Below, piece by piece: positions 51,129-64,000 of a stretch of DNA of 64,000 nucleotides. Source of the stretch: Eledone cirrhosa. Taxonomy: Eukaryota. The position numbers and the translations under genes are program-made. The notes under the pieces were generated by a model, which saw nothing but the letters and a program-made list of their open reading frames with translations, ran no database searches and had not been told where the DNA came from. Numbering within the stretch: the first letter of the stretch is position 1; the number at the start of each line of letters is the position of its first letter. The stretch lies in assembly GCA_964016885.1 (NCBI GenBank), contig OZ024740.1, positions 1,674,001-1,738,000 on the forward strand. The letters run 5' to 3'.

Positions 51129-51349
51129 ATAATACACTGTATAATAATAGTAATGAATCTTTGGACTGGACACAGGACATTATATTTGTAGAGGGAGAGA
51201 TGTAACATTAATGCATTTCCTGAAAACAGTAGCAGCCATATATGGAAACAGGTTATGGATTTACTAGAAGTTTCTATTCCAACCATTCACCATTATTTTG
51301 TGTTGTTATGTTCACAGGCAATAATGATTGATTGCCAGAATAGTTAGAA

Positions 51350-51669
51350 GGCTAACATGGGTTAGACGAGTTGTCCTAGTATTCTCACAACAGGACAACT
51401 TATCTAATCCATGCTAGTGTGGAAAAATGGACATGAAACGGTGATGATGATTGGACCAAAAGCTTTGCAATGGTTGTCCCAGCTCTAAGTTCTGAGTTCA
51501 AATCCCACCGAGGTCAATCTTGACTTTCATCTTTTCATAGTCAGCAAAATAAAGGTGGGTGGCTTAGTGGTTAGAGAATTGGATTAACAATTGTGAGGTT
51601 GCGAGTTTGATTCCTGGACAAGGTGATGTGTTTTGTACTTCAACAAGACACTTTATTTCACGTTGCTCC
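51350..51669 (+). mobile_element. Cluster of RTE tail, SINE core and tRNA-SINE head
   Basis: RTE tail at 51385-51450, GAGTTCAAATCCC core at 51490-51552, head GGCTTAGTGGTTAGAG...CAAGACACTTTATTTCACGTTGCTCC at 51553-51669. Confidence 0.65.
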
Positions 51670-52194
51670 TTCTACCTGTCAATATATCTCATTTCCTACT
51701 CCTTCTCTACTACCACCACTACAACTACTACCACCACCAGTTATCTGACCTGTCTATATTGCCCCTATATCAAGTTGTGATATCTGACCTGTCTATATTG
51801 CCTAGTAATGATATATAATGGTGGGATATCTGCCAGGAGTTGCAACCGGTAGTTAGTATCGGCAATGGAAAGACCAATGGAAACATTGTTTCCTTGGTCC
51901 AAATTGACAAGTACCACTCCACTCAGTAAACAAATAAGGTTTGGGATGTTGTCAATGGTTTTCCTATGCCCCAGGGCCAATGTAATCAACTGTTCCCCTC
52001 CCCTCCACATATGTCCAGCTTTATGTCTATCATCTTGATCATGTTAATAACATTTTCTGTAGCACTTTGTGTAAGTTGCTGGTTTGGAGTAATCTCATCT
52101 GTTGTCTGGTCAGGATCAATTTAGATGAGCTGAGAGAGATGAGCACATCTGTGTGAAAATCTCTATTTCTGCCAAAAATCTTCATCTCTACACG

Positions 52195-52420
52195 TACACA
52201 CATACACACACATTCACATACATACACACATACACATACACACACATACACATTCACATACATACACACACACACAGACATACACATACATACACACATA
52301 CAAACAGACATACACGCATAGAGACACACACACACATACACACACCAGACGTGCACACTACATATACACACGCACCACACACACGCACACCACACCACAC
52401 ACACATTACACACACACACG
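52195..52420. repeat. (CA)n-rich microsatellite
   Basis: Direct reading of the sequence. Confidence 0.9.
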
Positions 52421-52941
52421 TACAAATGTGTATCAAGGATGTTAGTTCTAACTACATCCTTCAATTATTTCTCTAATGCACTTCCAATCACTGTCTCTCC
52501 TCCCCCACCTTCTTTTCTTTCTTCTTTTCTTTCTTCTTCTTTTCTTCTTCTTTTCTTCTTTCTTTTCTTTTTTTCTTTCCTCTTCTTCTTCTTCTCCCCC
52601 CACCCCCCACCCTACCTGATCTCATTACCTGTTCTTTAAATCTAATTACCTCAAAAGTCATCTTGTAGTTGTATATATAATGAGTTGAGAAATAATAGTT
52701 AATAATGGATTTGAAATTTCATCTCCACTGGCAGAAATAATGGAGCCTCATTAGAATGGTTTTAATGATGGACTTCAAAAAACAAAATATATACATACAT
52801 GTATGTCTGTGATTTATATTGGTTTTCTTCTGCCCAACATATAGCAATGAGTGTTCTTTCTCTAATATGATAGATTTAGTGGGGGAGGGCGGGAAAAGTA
52901 AGAGCCATGACCCTTTTTGTTTTTTTCTTGACCTCCAGAGA

Positions 52942-53038
52942 ATCATCATGATCACCGTTTTACGTCAATGTCTCCATGCTAGCATGGGTTGGACGTGTTG
53001 TCCTGTTGTGGGCATGCCAGGTCAGGTGACCATGTCAA
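52942..53038 (-). mobile_element. RTE 3' stub
   Basis: ATCACCGTTTTACGTC...CATGCTAGCATGGGTTGGAC...TGTCCTGTTGTGGGCA matches the LINE terminus. Confidence 0.8.
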
Positions 53039-53078
53039 GGTAAAATAACCTCAAACAAGGAACTCAGCTAAAAGGACG

Positions 53079-53764
53079 AGTTGCTGGGGTCAACCTAGCA
53101 GACAAACTAAGTCCTCCACCCACAAGTTGCTGGGGTCAACCTGGCAGACAAACTAAGTCCTCCACCCACAAGTTGCTGGGGTCAACCTGGCAGACAAACT
53201 AAGTCCTCCACCCACAAGTTGCTGGGGTCAACCTGGCAGACAAACTAAGTCCTCCACCCACAAGTTGCTGGGGTCAACCTGGCAGACAAACTAAGTCCTC
53301 CACCCAAAAAGTTGCTGGGGTCAACCTGGCAGACAAACTAAGTCCACCACCCACAAGTTGCTGGGGTCAACCTGGCAGACAAACTAAGTCCTCCACCCAC
53401 AAGTTGCTGGGGTCAACCTGGCAGACAAACTAAGTCCACCACCCACAAGTTGCTGGGGTCAACCTGGCAGACAAACTAAGTCCACCACCCACAAGTTGCT
53501 GGGGTCAACCTGGCAGACAAACTAAGTCCTCCACCCACAAGTTGCTGGGGTCAACCTGGCAGACAAACTAAGTCCTCCACCCACAATTGCTAGGGTCAAC
53601 CTGGCAGACAAACTAAGTCCTCCACCCACAAGTTGCTGGGGTCAACCTGGCAGACAAACTAAGTCCTCCACCCACAATTGCTAGGGTCAACCTGGCAGAC
53701 AAACTAAGTCCTCCACCCACAAGTTGCTGGGGTCAACCTGGCAGACAAACTAAGTCCTCCACCC
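53079..53764. repeat. 46-bp minisatellite, ~15 units
   Basis: AAGTTGCTGGGGTCAACCTGGCAGACAAACTAAGTCCTCCACCCAC, head-to-tail with no spacers. Confidence 0.96.
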
Positions 53765-53849
53765 AAGAGATTCAGAACAAATATCAATTTTCATTCGAAA
53801 CTTTAACAAATCTGACAATTTTCTGCCTTAGTATTTATTTGTATGGAGC

Positions 53850-56800
53850 CATAACTCCTGGTGGTGTTGTAATGGTGACATAGTGACATAACTCCTGGTG
53901 GTGTTATAATGGTGACATAGTGACAACTCCTGGTGGTGTTGTAATGGTGACATAGTGACATAACTCCTGGTGGTGTTGTAATGGTGACATAGTGACATAA
54001 CTCCTGGTGGTGTTATAATGGTGACATAGTGACATAACTCCTGGTGGTGTTGTAATGGTGACATAGTGACATAACTCCTGGTGGTGTTGTAATGGTGACA
54101 TAGTGACATAACTCCTGGTGGTGTTGTAATGGTGACATAGTGACAACTCCTGGTGGTGTTGTAATGGTGACATAGTGACATAACTCCTGGTGGTGTTGTA
54201 ATGGTGACATAGTGACATAACTCCTGGTGGTGTTGTAATGGTGACACAGTGACATAACTCCTGGTGGTGTTGTAATGGTGACATAGTGACATAACTCCTG
54301 GTGGTGTTATAATGGTGACATAGTGACATAACTCCTGGTGGTGTTGTAATGGTGACATAGTGACATAACTCCTGGTGGTGTTGTAATGGTGACATAGTGA
54401 CATAACTCCTGGTGGTGTTATAATGGTGACATAGTGACATAACTCCTGGTGGTGTTGTAATGGTGACATAGTGACATAACTCCTGGTGGTGTTGTAATGG
54501 TGACATAGTGACATAACTCCTGGTGGTGTTGTAATGGTGACACAGTGACATAACTCCTGGTGGTGTTGTAATGGTGACATAGTAACAACTCCTGGTGGTG
54601 TTATAATGGTGACATAGTGACATAACTCCTGGTGGTGTTGTAATGGTGACATAGTGACATAACTCCTGGTGGTGTTGTAATGGTGACACAGTGACATAAC
54701 TCCTGGTGGTGTTGTAATGGTGACATAGTGACAACTCCTGGTGGTGTTGTAATGGTGACATAGTGACATAACTCCTGGTGGTGTTGTAATGGTGACATAG
54801 TGACATAACTCCTGGTGGTGTTGTAATGGTGACATAGTGACAACTCCTGGTGGTGTTGTAATGGTGACATAGTGACATAACTCCTGGTGGTGTTGTAATG
54901 GTGACATAGTGACATAACTCCTGGTGGTGTTGTAATGGTGACATAGTGACATAACTCCTGGTGGTGTTGTAATGGTGACATAGTGACAACTCCTGGTGGT
55001 GTTGTAATGGTGACATAGTGACAACTCCTGGTGGTGTTGTAATGGTGACACAGTGACATAACTCCTGGTGGTGTTGTAATGGTGACATAGTGACATAACT
55101 CCTGGTGGTGTTGTAATGGTGACACAGTGACATAACTCCTGGTGGTGTTATAATGGTGACATAGTGACATAACTCCTGGTGGTGTTATAATGGTGACATA
55201 GTGACATAACTCCTGGTGTTGTTGTAATGGTGACATAGTGACAACTCCTGGTGGTGTTGTAATGGTGACATAGTGACAACTCCTGGTGGTGTTGTAATGG
55301 TGACATAGTGACATAACTCCTGGTGGTGTTGTAATGGTGACACAGTGACATAATTCCTGGTGGTGTAATGGTGACATAGTGACATAACTCCTGGTGGTGT
55401 TATAATGGTGACATAGTGACATAACTCCTGGTGGTGTTGTAATGGTGACATAGTGACAACTCCTGGTGGTGTAATGGTGACATAGTGACATAACTCCTGG
55501 TGGTGTTGTAATGGTGACATAGTGACATAACTCCTGGTGGTGTTATAATGGTGACATAGTGACATAACTCCTGGTGGTGTAATGGTGACATAGTGACACA
55601 ACTCCTGGTGGTGTTGTAATGGTGACATAGTGACAACTCCTGGTGGTGTTGTAATGGTGACATAGTGACATAACTCCTGTTGGTGTTGTAATGGTGACAT
55701 AGTGACATAACTCCTGGTGGTGTTGTAATGGTGACATAGTGACAACTCCTGGTGGTGTTGTAATGGTGACATAGTGACATAACTCCTGGTGGTGTTATAA
55801 TGGTGACATAGTGACATAACTCCTGGTGGTGTAATGGTGACATAGTGACATAACTCCTGTTGGTGTTGTAATGGTGACATAGTGACATAACTCCTGGTGG
55901 TGTTGTAATGGTGACACAGTGACAACTCCTGGTGGTGTTGTAATGGTGACATAGTGACAACTCCTGGTGGTGTTGTAATGGTGACATAGTGACATAACTC
56001 CTGGTGGTGTTATAATGGTGACATAGTGACATAACTCCTGGTGGTGTAATGGTGACATAGTGACACAACTCCTGTTGGTGTTGTAATGGTGACATAGTGA
56101 CATAACTCCTGGTGGTGTTGTAATGGTGACATAGTGACAACTCCTGGTGGTGTTGTAATGGTGACATAGTGACATAACTCCTGGTGGTGTTATAATGGTG
56201 ACATAGTGACATAACTCCTGGTGGTGTAATGGTGACATAGTGACATAACTCCTGTTGGTGTTGTAATGGTGACATAGTGACATAACTCCTGGTGGTGTTG
56301 TAATGGTGACACAGTGACATAACTCCTGGTGGTGTTGTAATGGTGACATAGTGACATAACTCCTGGTGGTGTTATAATGGTGACATAGTGACATAACTCC
56401 TGGTGGTGTTGTAATGGTGACATAGTGACATAACTCCTGGTGGTGTTGTAATGGTGACATAGTGACATAACTCCTGGTGGTGTTATAATGGTGACATAGT
56501 GACAACTCCTGGTGGTGTTGTAATGGTGACACAGTGACATAATTCCTGGTGGTGTAATGGTGACATAGTGACATAACTCCTCGTGGTGTTGTAATGGTGA
56601 CATAGTGACATAACTCCTGGTGGTGTTATAATGGTGACATAGTGACAACTCCTGGTGGTGTTGTAATGGTGACACAGTGACATAACTCCTGGTGGTGTTG
56701 TAATGGTGACATAGTGACATAACTCCTGGTGGTGTTGTAATGGTGACATAGTGACAACTCCTGGTGGTGTTGTACTGGTGACACAGTGACAACTCCTGGT

Positions 56801-59800
56801 GGTGTTGTAATGGTGACATAGTGACAACTCCTGGTGGTGTTATAATGGTGACATAGTGACATAACTCCTGGTGGTGTTGTAATGGTGACATAGTGACATA
56901 ACTCCTGGTGGTGTTGTAATGGTGACATAGTGACATAACTCCTGGTGGTGTTATAATGGTGACATAGTGACAACTCCTGGTGGTGTTGTAATGGTGACAC
57001 AGTGACATAATTCCTGGTGGTGTAATGGTGACATAGTGACATAACTCCTGGTGGTGTTGTAATGGTGACATAGTGACATAACTCCTGGTGGTGTTATAAT
57101 GGTGACATAGTGACAACTCCTGGTGGTGTTGTAATGGTGACACAGTGACATAACTCCTGGTGGTGTTGTAATGGTGACATAGTGACAACTCCTGGTGGTG
57201 TAATGGTGACATAGTGACATAACTCCTGGTGGTGTTGTAATGGTGACATAGTGACATAACTCCTGGTGGTGTTGTAATGGTGACATAGTGACAACTCCTG
57301 GTGGTGTAATGGTGACATAGTGACATAACTCCTGTTGGTGTTGTAATGGTGACATAGTGACATAACTCCTGGTGGTGTTGTAATGGTGACATAGTGACAA
57401 CTCCTGGTGGTGTTGTAATGGTGACACAGTGACATAACTCCTGGTGGTGTTGTAATGGTGACATAGTGACAACTCCTGGTGGTGTAATGGTGACATAGTG
57501 ACATAACTCCTGTTGGTGTTGTAATGGTGACATAGTGACATAACTCCTGGTGGTGTTGTAATGGTGACATAGTGACATAACTCCTGGTGGTGTTGTAATG
57601 GTGACATAGTGACATAACTCCTGGTGGTGTTGTAATGGTGACATAGTGACAACTCCTGGTGGTGTAATGGTGACATAGTGACATAACTCCTGTTGGTGTT
57701 GTAATGGTGACATAGTGACATAACTCCTGGTGGTGTTGTAATGGTGACATAGTGACATAACTCCTGGTGGTGTTGTAATGGTGACATAGTGACAACTCCT
57801 GGTGGTGTTGTAATGGTGACATAGTGACAACTCCTGGTGGTGTTGTAATGGTGACACAGTGACATAACTCCTGGTGGTGTTATAATGGTGACATAGTGAC
57901 ATAACTCCTGGTGGTGTTGTAATGGTGACATAGTGACAACTCCTGGTGGTGTAATGGTGACATAGTGACATAACTCCTGTTGGTGTTGTAATGGTGACAT
58001 AGTGACATAACTCCTGGTGGTGTTGTAATGGTGACATAGTGACATAACTCCTGGTGGTGTTGTAATGGTGACATAGTGACAACTCCTGGTGGTGTTGTAA
58101 TGGTGACATAGTGACAGCTCCTGGTGGTGTTGTAATGGTGACATAGTGACAACTCCTGGTGGTGTTGTAATGGTGACATAGTGACAGCTCCTGGTGGTGT
58201 TGTAATGGTGACACAGTGACATAACTCCTGGTGGTGTTATAATGGTGACACAGTGACAACTCCTGGTGGTGTTGTAATGGTGACATAGTGACAACTCCTG
58301 GTGGTGTTGTAATGGTGACATAGTGACATAACTCCTGGTGGTGGTGTAATGGTGACATAGTGACATAACTCCTGGTGGTGTTATAATGGTGACATAGTGA
58401 CATAACTCCTGGTGGTGTAATGGTGACATAGTGACATAACTCCTGGTGGTGTTGTAATGGTGACACAGTGACATAACTCCTGGTGGTGTTGTAATGGTGA
58501 CATAGTGACATAACTCCTGGTGGTGTTGTAATGGTGACATAGTGACATAACTCCTGGTGTTGTAATGGTGACATAGTGACAACTCCTGGTGGTGTTGTAA
58601 TGGTGACATAGTGACATAACTCCTGGTGTTGTAATGGTGACATAGTGACATAACTCCTGGTGGTGTTGTAATGGTGACACAGTGACATAACTCCTGGTGG
58701 TGTTGTAATGGTGACATAGTGACAACTCCTGGTGGTGTTGTAATGGTGACATAGTGACAACTCCTGGTGGTGTTGTAATGGTGACATAGTGACATAACTC
58801 CTGGTGGTGTTGTAATGGTGACACAGTGACATAACTCCTGGTGGTGTAATGGTGACATAGTGACAACTCCTGGTGGTGTTGTAATGGTGACATAGTGACA
58901 TAACTCCTGGTGGTGTTGTAATGGTGACATAGTGACATAACTCCTGGTGGTGTTGTAATGGTGACACAGTGACATAACTCCTGGTGGTGTAATGGTGACA
59001 TAGTGACAACTCCTGGTGGTGTTGTAATGGTGACATAGTGACATAACTCCTGGTGGTGTTGTAATGGTGACATAGTGACATAACTCCTGGTGGTGTTGTA
59101 ATGGTGACATAGTGACAGCTCCTGGTGGTGTTGTAATGGTGACATAGTGACAACTCCTGGTGTTGTAATGGTGACATAGTGACAACTCCTGGTGGTGTTG
59201 TAATGGTGACATAGTGACATAACTCCTGGTGGTGTTATAATGGTGACATAGTGACAACTCCTGGTGGTGTTGTAATGGTGACACAGTGACATAACTCCTG
59301 GTGGTGTTATAATGGTGACATAGTGACAACTCCTGGTGGTGTTGTAATGGTGACACAGTGACATAACTCCTGGTGGTGTTATAATGGTGACATAGTGACA
59401 TAACTCCTGTTGGTGTTGTAATGGTGACATAGTGACAACTCCTGGTGGTGTTGTAATGGTGACACAGTGACATAACTCCTGGTGGTGTTATAATGGTGAC
59501 ATAGTGACAACTCCTGGTGGTGTTGTAATGGTGACATAGTGACAACTCCTGGTGGTGTTGTAATGGTGACATAGTGACAACTCCTGGTGGTGTTGTAATG
59601 GTGACATAGTGACAACTCCTGGTGGTGTTGTAATGGTGACATAGTGACATAACTCCTGGTGTTGTAATGGTGACATAGTGACAACTCCTGGTGTTGTAAT
59701 GGTGACATAGTGACAGCTCCTGGTGGTGTTGTAATGGTGACACAGTGACATAACTCCTGGTGTTGTAATGGTGACATAGTGACAGCTCCTGGTCGTGTTG

Positions 59801-62800
59801 TAATGGTGACACAGTGACATAACTCCTGGTGTTGTAATGGTGACATAGTGACAGCTCCTGGTCGTGTTGTAATGGTGACACAGTGACATAACTCCTGGTG
59901 GTGTTGTAATGGTGACATAGTGACATAACTCCTGGTGGTGTTGTAATGGTGACATAGTGACAACTCCTGGTGGTGTTGTAATGGTGACACAGTGACATAA
60001 CTCCTGGTGGTGTTGTAATGGTGACATAGTGACATAACTCCTGGTGGTGTTGTAATGGTGACATAGTGACATAACTCCTGGTGGTGTTGTAATGGTGACA
60101 TAGTGACAACTCCTGGTGGTGTTGTAATGGTGACATAGTGACAACTCCTGGTGGTGTTGTAATGGTGACATAGTGACATAACTCCTGGTGGTGTTATAAT
60201 GGTGACATAGTGACATAACTCCTGGTGGTGTAATGGTGACATAGTGACAACTCCTGGTGGTGTTGTAATGGTGACATAGTGACATAACTCCTGGTGTTGT
60301 AATGGTGACACAGTGACATAACTCCTGGTGGTGTTGTAATGGTGACATAGTGACATAACTCCTGGTGGTGTTGTAATGGTGACATAGTGACATAACTCCT
60401 GGTGGTGTTGTAATGGTGACATAGTGACAACTCCTGGTGGTGTTGTAATGGTGACATAGTGACATAACTCCTGGTGTTGTAATGGTGACATAGTGACATA
60501 ACTCCTGGTGTTGTAATGGTGACATAGTGACATAACTCCTGGTGGTGGTGTAATGGTGACATAGTGACATAACTCCTGGTGGTGTTGTAATGGTGACATA
60601 GTGACATAACTCCTGGTGGTGTTATAATGGTGACATAGTGACATAACTCCTGGTGGTGTAATGGTGACATAGTGACAACTCCTGGTGGTGTTGTAATGGT
60701 GACATAGTGACATAACTCCTGGTGTTGTAATGGTGACACAGTGACATAACTCCTGGTGGTGTTGTAATGGTGACATAGTGACATAACTCCTGGTGTTGTA
60801 ATGGTGACATAGTGACATAACTCCTGGTGTTGTAATGGTGACATAGTGACATAACTCCTGGTGGTGTTGTAATGGTGACATAGTGACATAACTCCTGGTG
60901 TTGTAATGGTGACATAGTGACATAACTCCTGGTGTTGTAATGGTGACACAGTGACATAACTCCTGGTGGTGTTGTAATGGTGACATAGTGACAACTCCTG
61001 GTGGTGTTGTAATGGTGACATAGTGACATAACTCCTGGTGTTGTAATGGTGACATAGTGACAACTCCTGGTGGTGTTGTAATGGTGACACAGTGACATAA
61101 CTCCTGGTGGTGTTGTAATGGTGACATAGTGACATAACTCCTGGTGGTGTAATGGTGACATAGTGACAGCTCCTGTTGGTGTTGTAATGGTGACATAGTG
61201 ACATAACTCCTGGTGTTATAATGGTGACATAGTGACATAACTCCTGGTGGTGTAATGGTGACATAGTGACAACTCCTGGTCGTGTTGTAATGGTGACACA
61301 GTGACATAACTCCTGGTGGTGTTGTAATGGTGACATAGTGACATAACTCCTGGTGGTGTTGTAATGGTGACATAGTGACAGCTCCTGGTGGTGTTGTAAT
61401 GGTGACATAGTGACAACTCCTGGTGGTGTTGTAATGGTGACATAGTGACATAACTCCTGGTGTTGTAATGGTGACATAGTGACAACTCCTGGTGTTGTAA
61501 TGGTGACATAGTGACAGCTCCTGGTGGTGTTGTAATGGTGACACAGTGACATAACTCCTGGTGTTGTAATGGTGACATAGTGACAGCTCCTGGTCGTGTT
61601 GTAATGGTGACACAGTGACATAACTCCTGGTGTTGTAATGGTGACATAGTGACAGCTCCTGGTCGTGTTGTAATGGTGACACAGTGACATAACTCCTGGT
61701 GGTGTTGTAATGGTGACATAGTGACATAACTCCTGGTGGTGTTGTAATGGTGACATAGTGACAACTCCTGGTGGTGTTGTAATGGTGACACAGTGACATA
61801 ACTCCTGGTGGTGTTGTAATGGTGACATAGTGACATAACTCCTGGTGGTGTTGTAATGGTGACATAGTGACATAACTCCTGGTGGTGTTGTAATGGTGAC
61901 ATAGTGACAACTCCTGGTGGTGTTGTAATGGTGACATAGTGACAACTCCTGGTGGTGTTGTAATGGTGACATAGTGACATAACTCCTGGTGGTGTTGTAA
62001 TGGTGACATAGTGACATAACTCCTGGTGGTGTTATAATGGTGACATAGTGACATAACTCCTGGTGGTGTAATGGTGACATAGTGACAACTCCTGGTGGTG
62101 TTGTAATGGTGACATAGTGACATAACTCCTGGTGTTGTAATGGTGACACAGTGACATAACTCCTGGTGGTGTTGTAATGGTGACATAGTGACATAACTCC
62201 TGGTGGTGTTGTAATGGTGACATAGTGACATAACTCCTGGTGGTGTTGTAATGGTGACATAGTGACAACTCCTGGTGGTGTTGTAATGGTGACATAGTGA
62301 CATAACTCCTGGTGTTGTAATGGTGACATAGTGACATAACTCCTGGTGTTGTAATGGTGACATAGTGACATAACTCCTGGTGGTGGTGTAATGGTGACAT
62401 AGTGACATAACTCCTGGTGGTGTTGTAATGGTGACATAGTAACAACTCCTGGTGGTGTTATAATGGTGACATAGTGACATAACTCCTGGTGGTGTAATGG
62501 TGACATAGTGACAACTCCTGGTGGTGTTGTAATGGTGACATAGTGACATAACTCCTGGTGTTGTAATGGTGACACAGTGACATAACTCCTGGTGGTGTTG
62601 TAATGGTGACATAGTGACATAACTCCTGGTGTTGTAATGGTGACATAGTGACATAACTCCTGGTGTTGTAATGGTGACATAGTGACATAACTCCTGGTGG
62701 TGTTGTAATGGTGACATAGTGACATAACTCCTGGTGTTGTAATGGTGACATAGTGACATAACTCCTGGTGTTGTAATGGTGACACAGTGACATAACTCCT

Positions 62801-64000
62801 GGTGGTGTTGTAATGGTGACATAGTGACAACTCCTGGTGGTGTTGTAATGGTGACATAGTGACATAACTCCTGGTGTTGTAATGGTGACATAGTGACAAC
62901 TCCTGGTGGTGTTGTAATGGTGACACAGTGACATAACTCCTGGTGGTGTTGTAATGGTGACATAGTGACATAACTCCTGGTGGTGTAATGGTGACATAGT
63001 GACAGCTCCTGTTGGTGTTGTAATGGTGACATAGTGACATAACTCCTGGTGTTATAATGGTGACATAGTGACATAACTCCTGGTGGTGTAATGGTGACAT
63101 AGTGACAACTCCTGGTCGTGTTGTAATGGTGACACAGTGACATAACTCCTGGTGGTGTTGTAATGGTGACATAGTGACATAACTCCTGGTGGTGTTGTAA
63201 TGGTGACATAGTGACAGCTCCTGGTGGTGTTGTAATGGTGACATAGTGACAACTCCTGGTGTTGTAATGGTGACATAGTGACAACTCCTGGTGGTGTTGT
63301 AATGGTGACATAGTGACATAACTCCTGGTGGTGTTGTAATGGTGACATAGTAACAACTCCTGGTGGTGTTGTAATGGTGACATAGTGACATAACTCCTGG
63401 TGGTGTTGTAATGGTGACATAGTGACATAACTCCTGGTGGTGTTGTAATGGTGACATAGTGACAACTCCTGGTGGTGTTGTAATGGTGACACAGTGACAT
63501 AACTCCTGGTGGTGTTGTAATGGTGACATAGTGACATAACTCCTGGTGGTGTTGTAATGGTGACATAGTGACATAACTCCTGGTGGTGTTGTAATGGTGA
63601 CATAGTGACAACTCCTGGTGGTGTTGTAATGGTGACATAGTGACAACTCCTGGTGGTGTTGTAATGGTGACATAGTGACATAACTCCTGGTGGTGTTGTA
63701 ATGGTGACATAGTGACATAACTCCTGGTGGTGTTATAATGGTGACATAGTGACATAACTCCTGGTGGTGTAATGGTGACATAGTGACAACTCCTGGTGGT
63801 GTTGTAATGGTGACATAGTGACATAACTCCTGGTGTTGTAATGGTGACACAGTGACATAACTCCTGGTGGTGTTGTAATGGTGACATAGTGACATAACTC
63901 CTGGTGGTGTTGTAATGGTGACATAGTGACATAACTCCTGGTGGTGTTGTAATGGTGACATAGTGACAACTCCTGGTGGTGTTGTAATGGTGACATAGTG
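53850..64000. repeat. 37-bp satellite array (>10 kb, runs off the window)
   Basis: ATAACTCCTGGTGGTGTTGTAATGGTGACATAGTGAC, with 34- and 35-bp variants. Confidence 0.97.

Noticed and set aside
53079-53764. Possible CRISPR-like array (also considered for the 36-, 42- and 44-bp arrays)
   Set aside because: Units are head-to-tail with no unique spacers, there are no cas genes, and the context is eukaryotic.
53828-63996. ORFs up to 1517 aa
   Set aside because: 37-bp satellite whose unit is not a multiple of 3. The same peptide cycle appears in all minus frames.

Overview
Repeat-dominated, AT-rich eukaryotic DNA with no host protein-coding gene I can support. The SINE/LINE repertoire and microsatellite density resemble octopus (cephalopod) genomes; this is an inference. 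About half of the window is tandem repeat (21, 23, 36, 37, 42, 44 and 46 bp units plus CCA, CT and TA microsatellites), which explains nearly all long ORFs in the track. The rest is nested mobile DNA. It includes a near-full-length decayed RTE-clade LINE with APE and RT domains (25.8-29.4 kb), a 5'-truncated sister copy that keeps a C4HC3 PHD-like finger, and many RTE 3' stubs. There are also tRNA-derived SINEs sharing the RTE tail, a hAT MITE, a non-autonomous Helitron and two CRE-like fragments. The most interesting signal is a set of five short, ORF-less, (TA)n-associated elements at about 9.1, 13.1, 13.6, 20.6 and 32.3 kb. They share little primary sequence, but each carries a complete or partial minimal type-I hammerhead ribozyme motif. 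Four are head-to-head fold-back palindromes, and all five have a YACTC...GARTRC-type stem-loop in a 3' tail. They look like Penelope-like-element (PLE) or retrozyme-type ribozyme cassettes targeted to (TA)n. All RNA structures were paired by eye and are untested.
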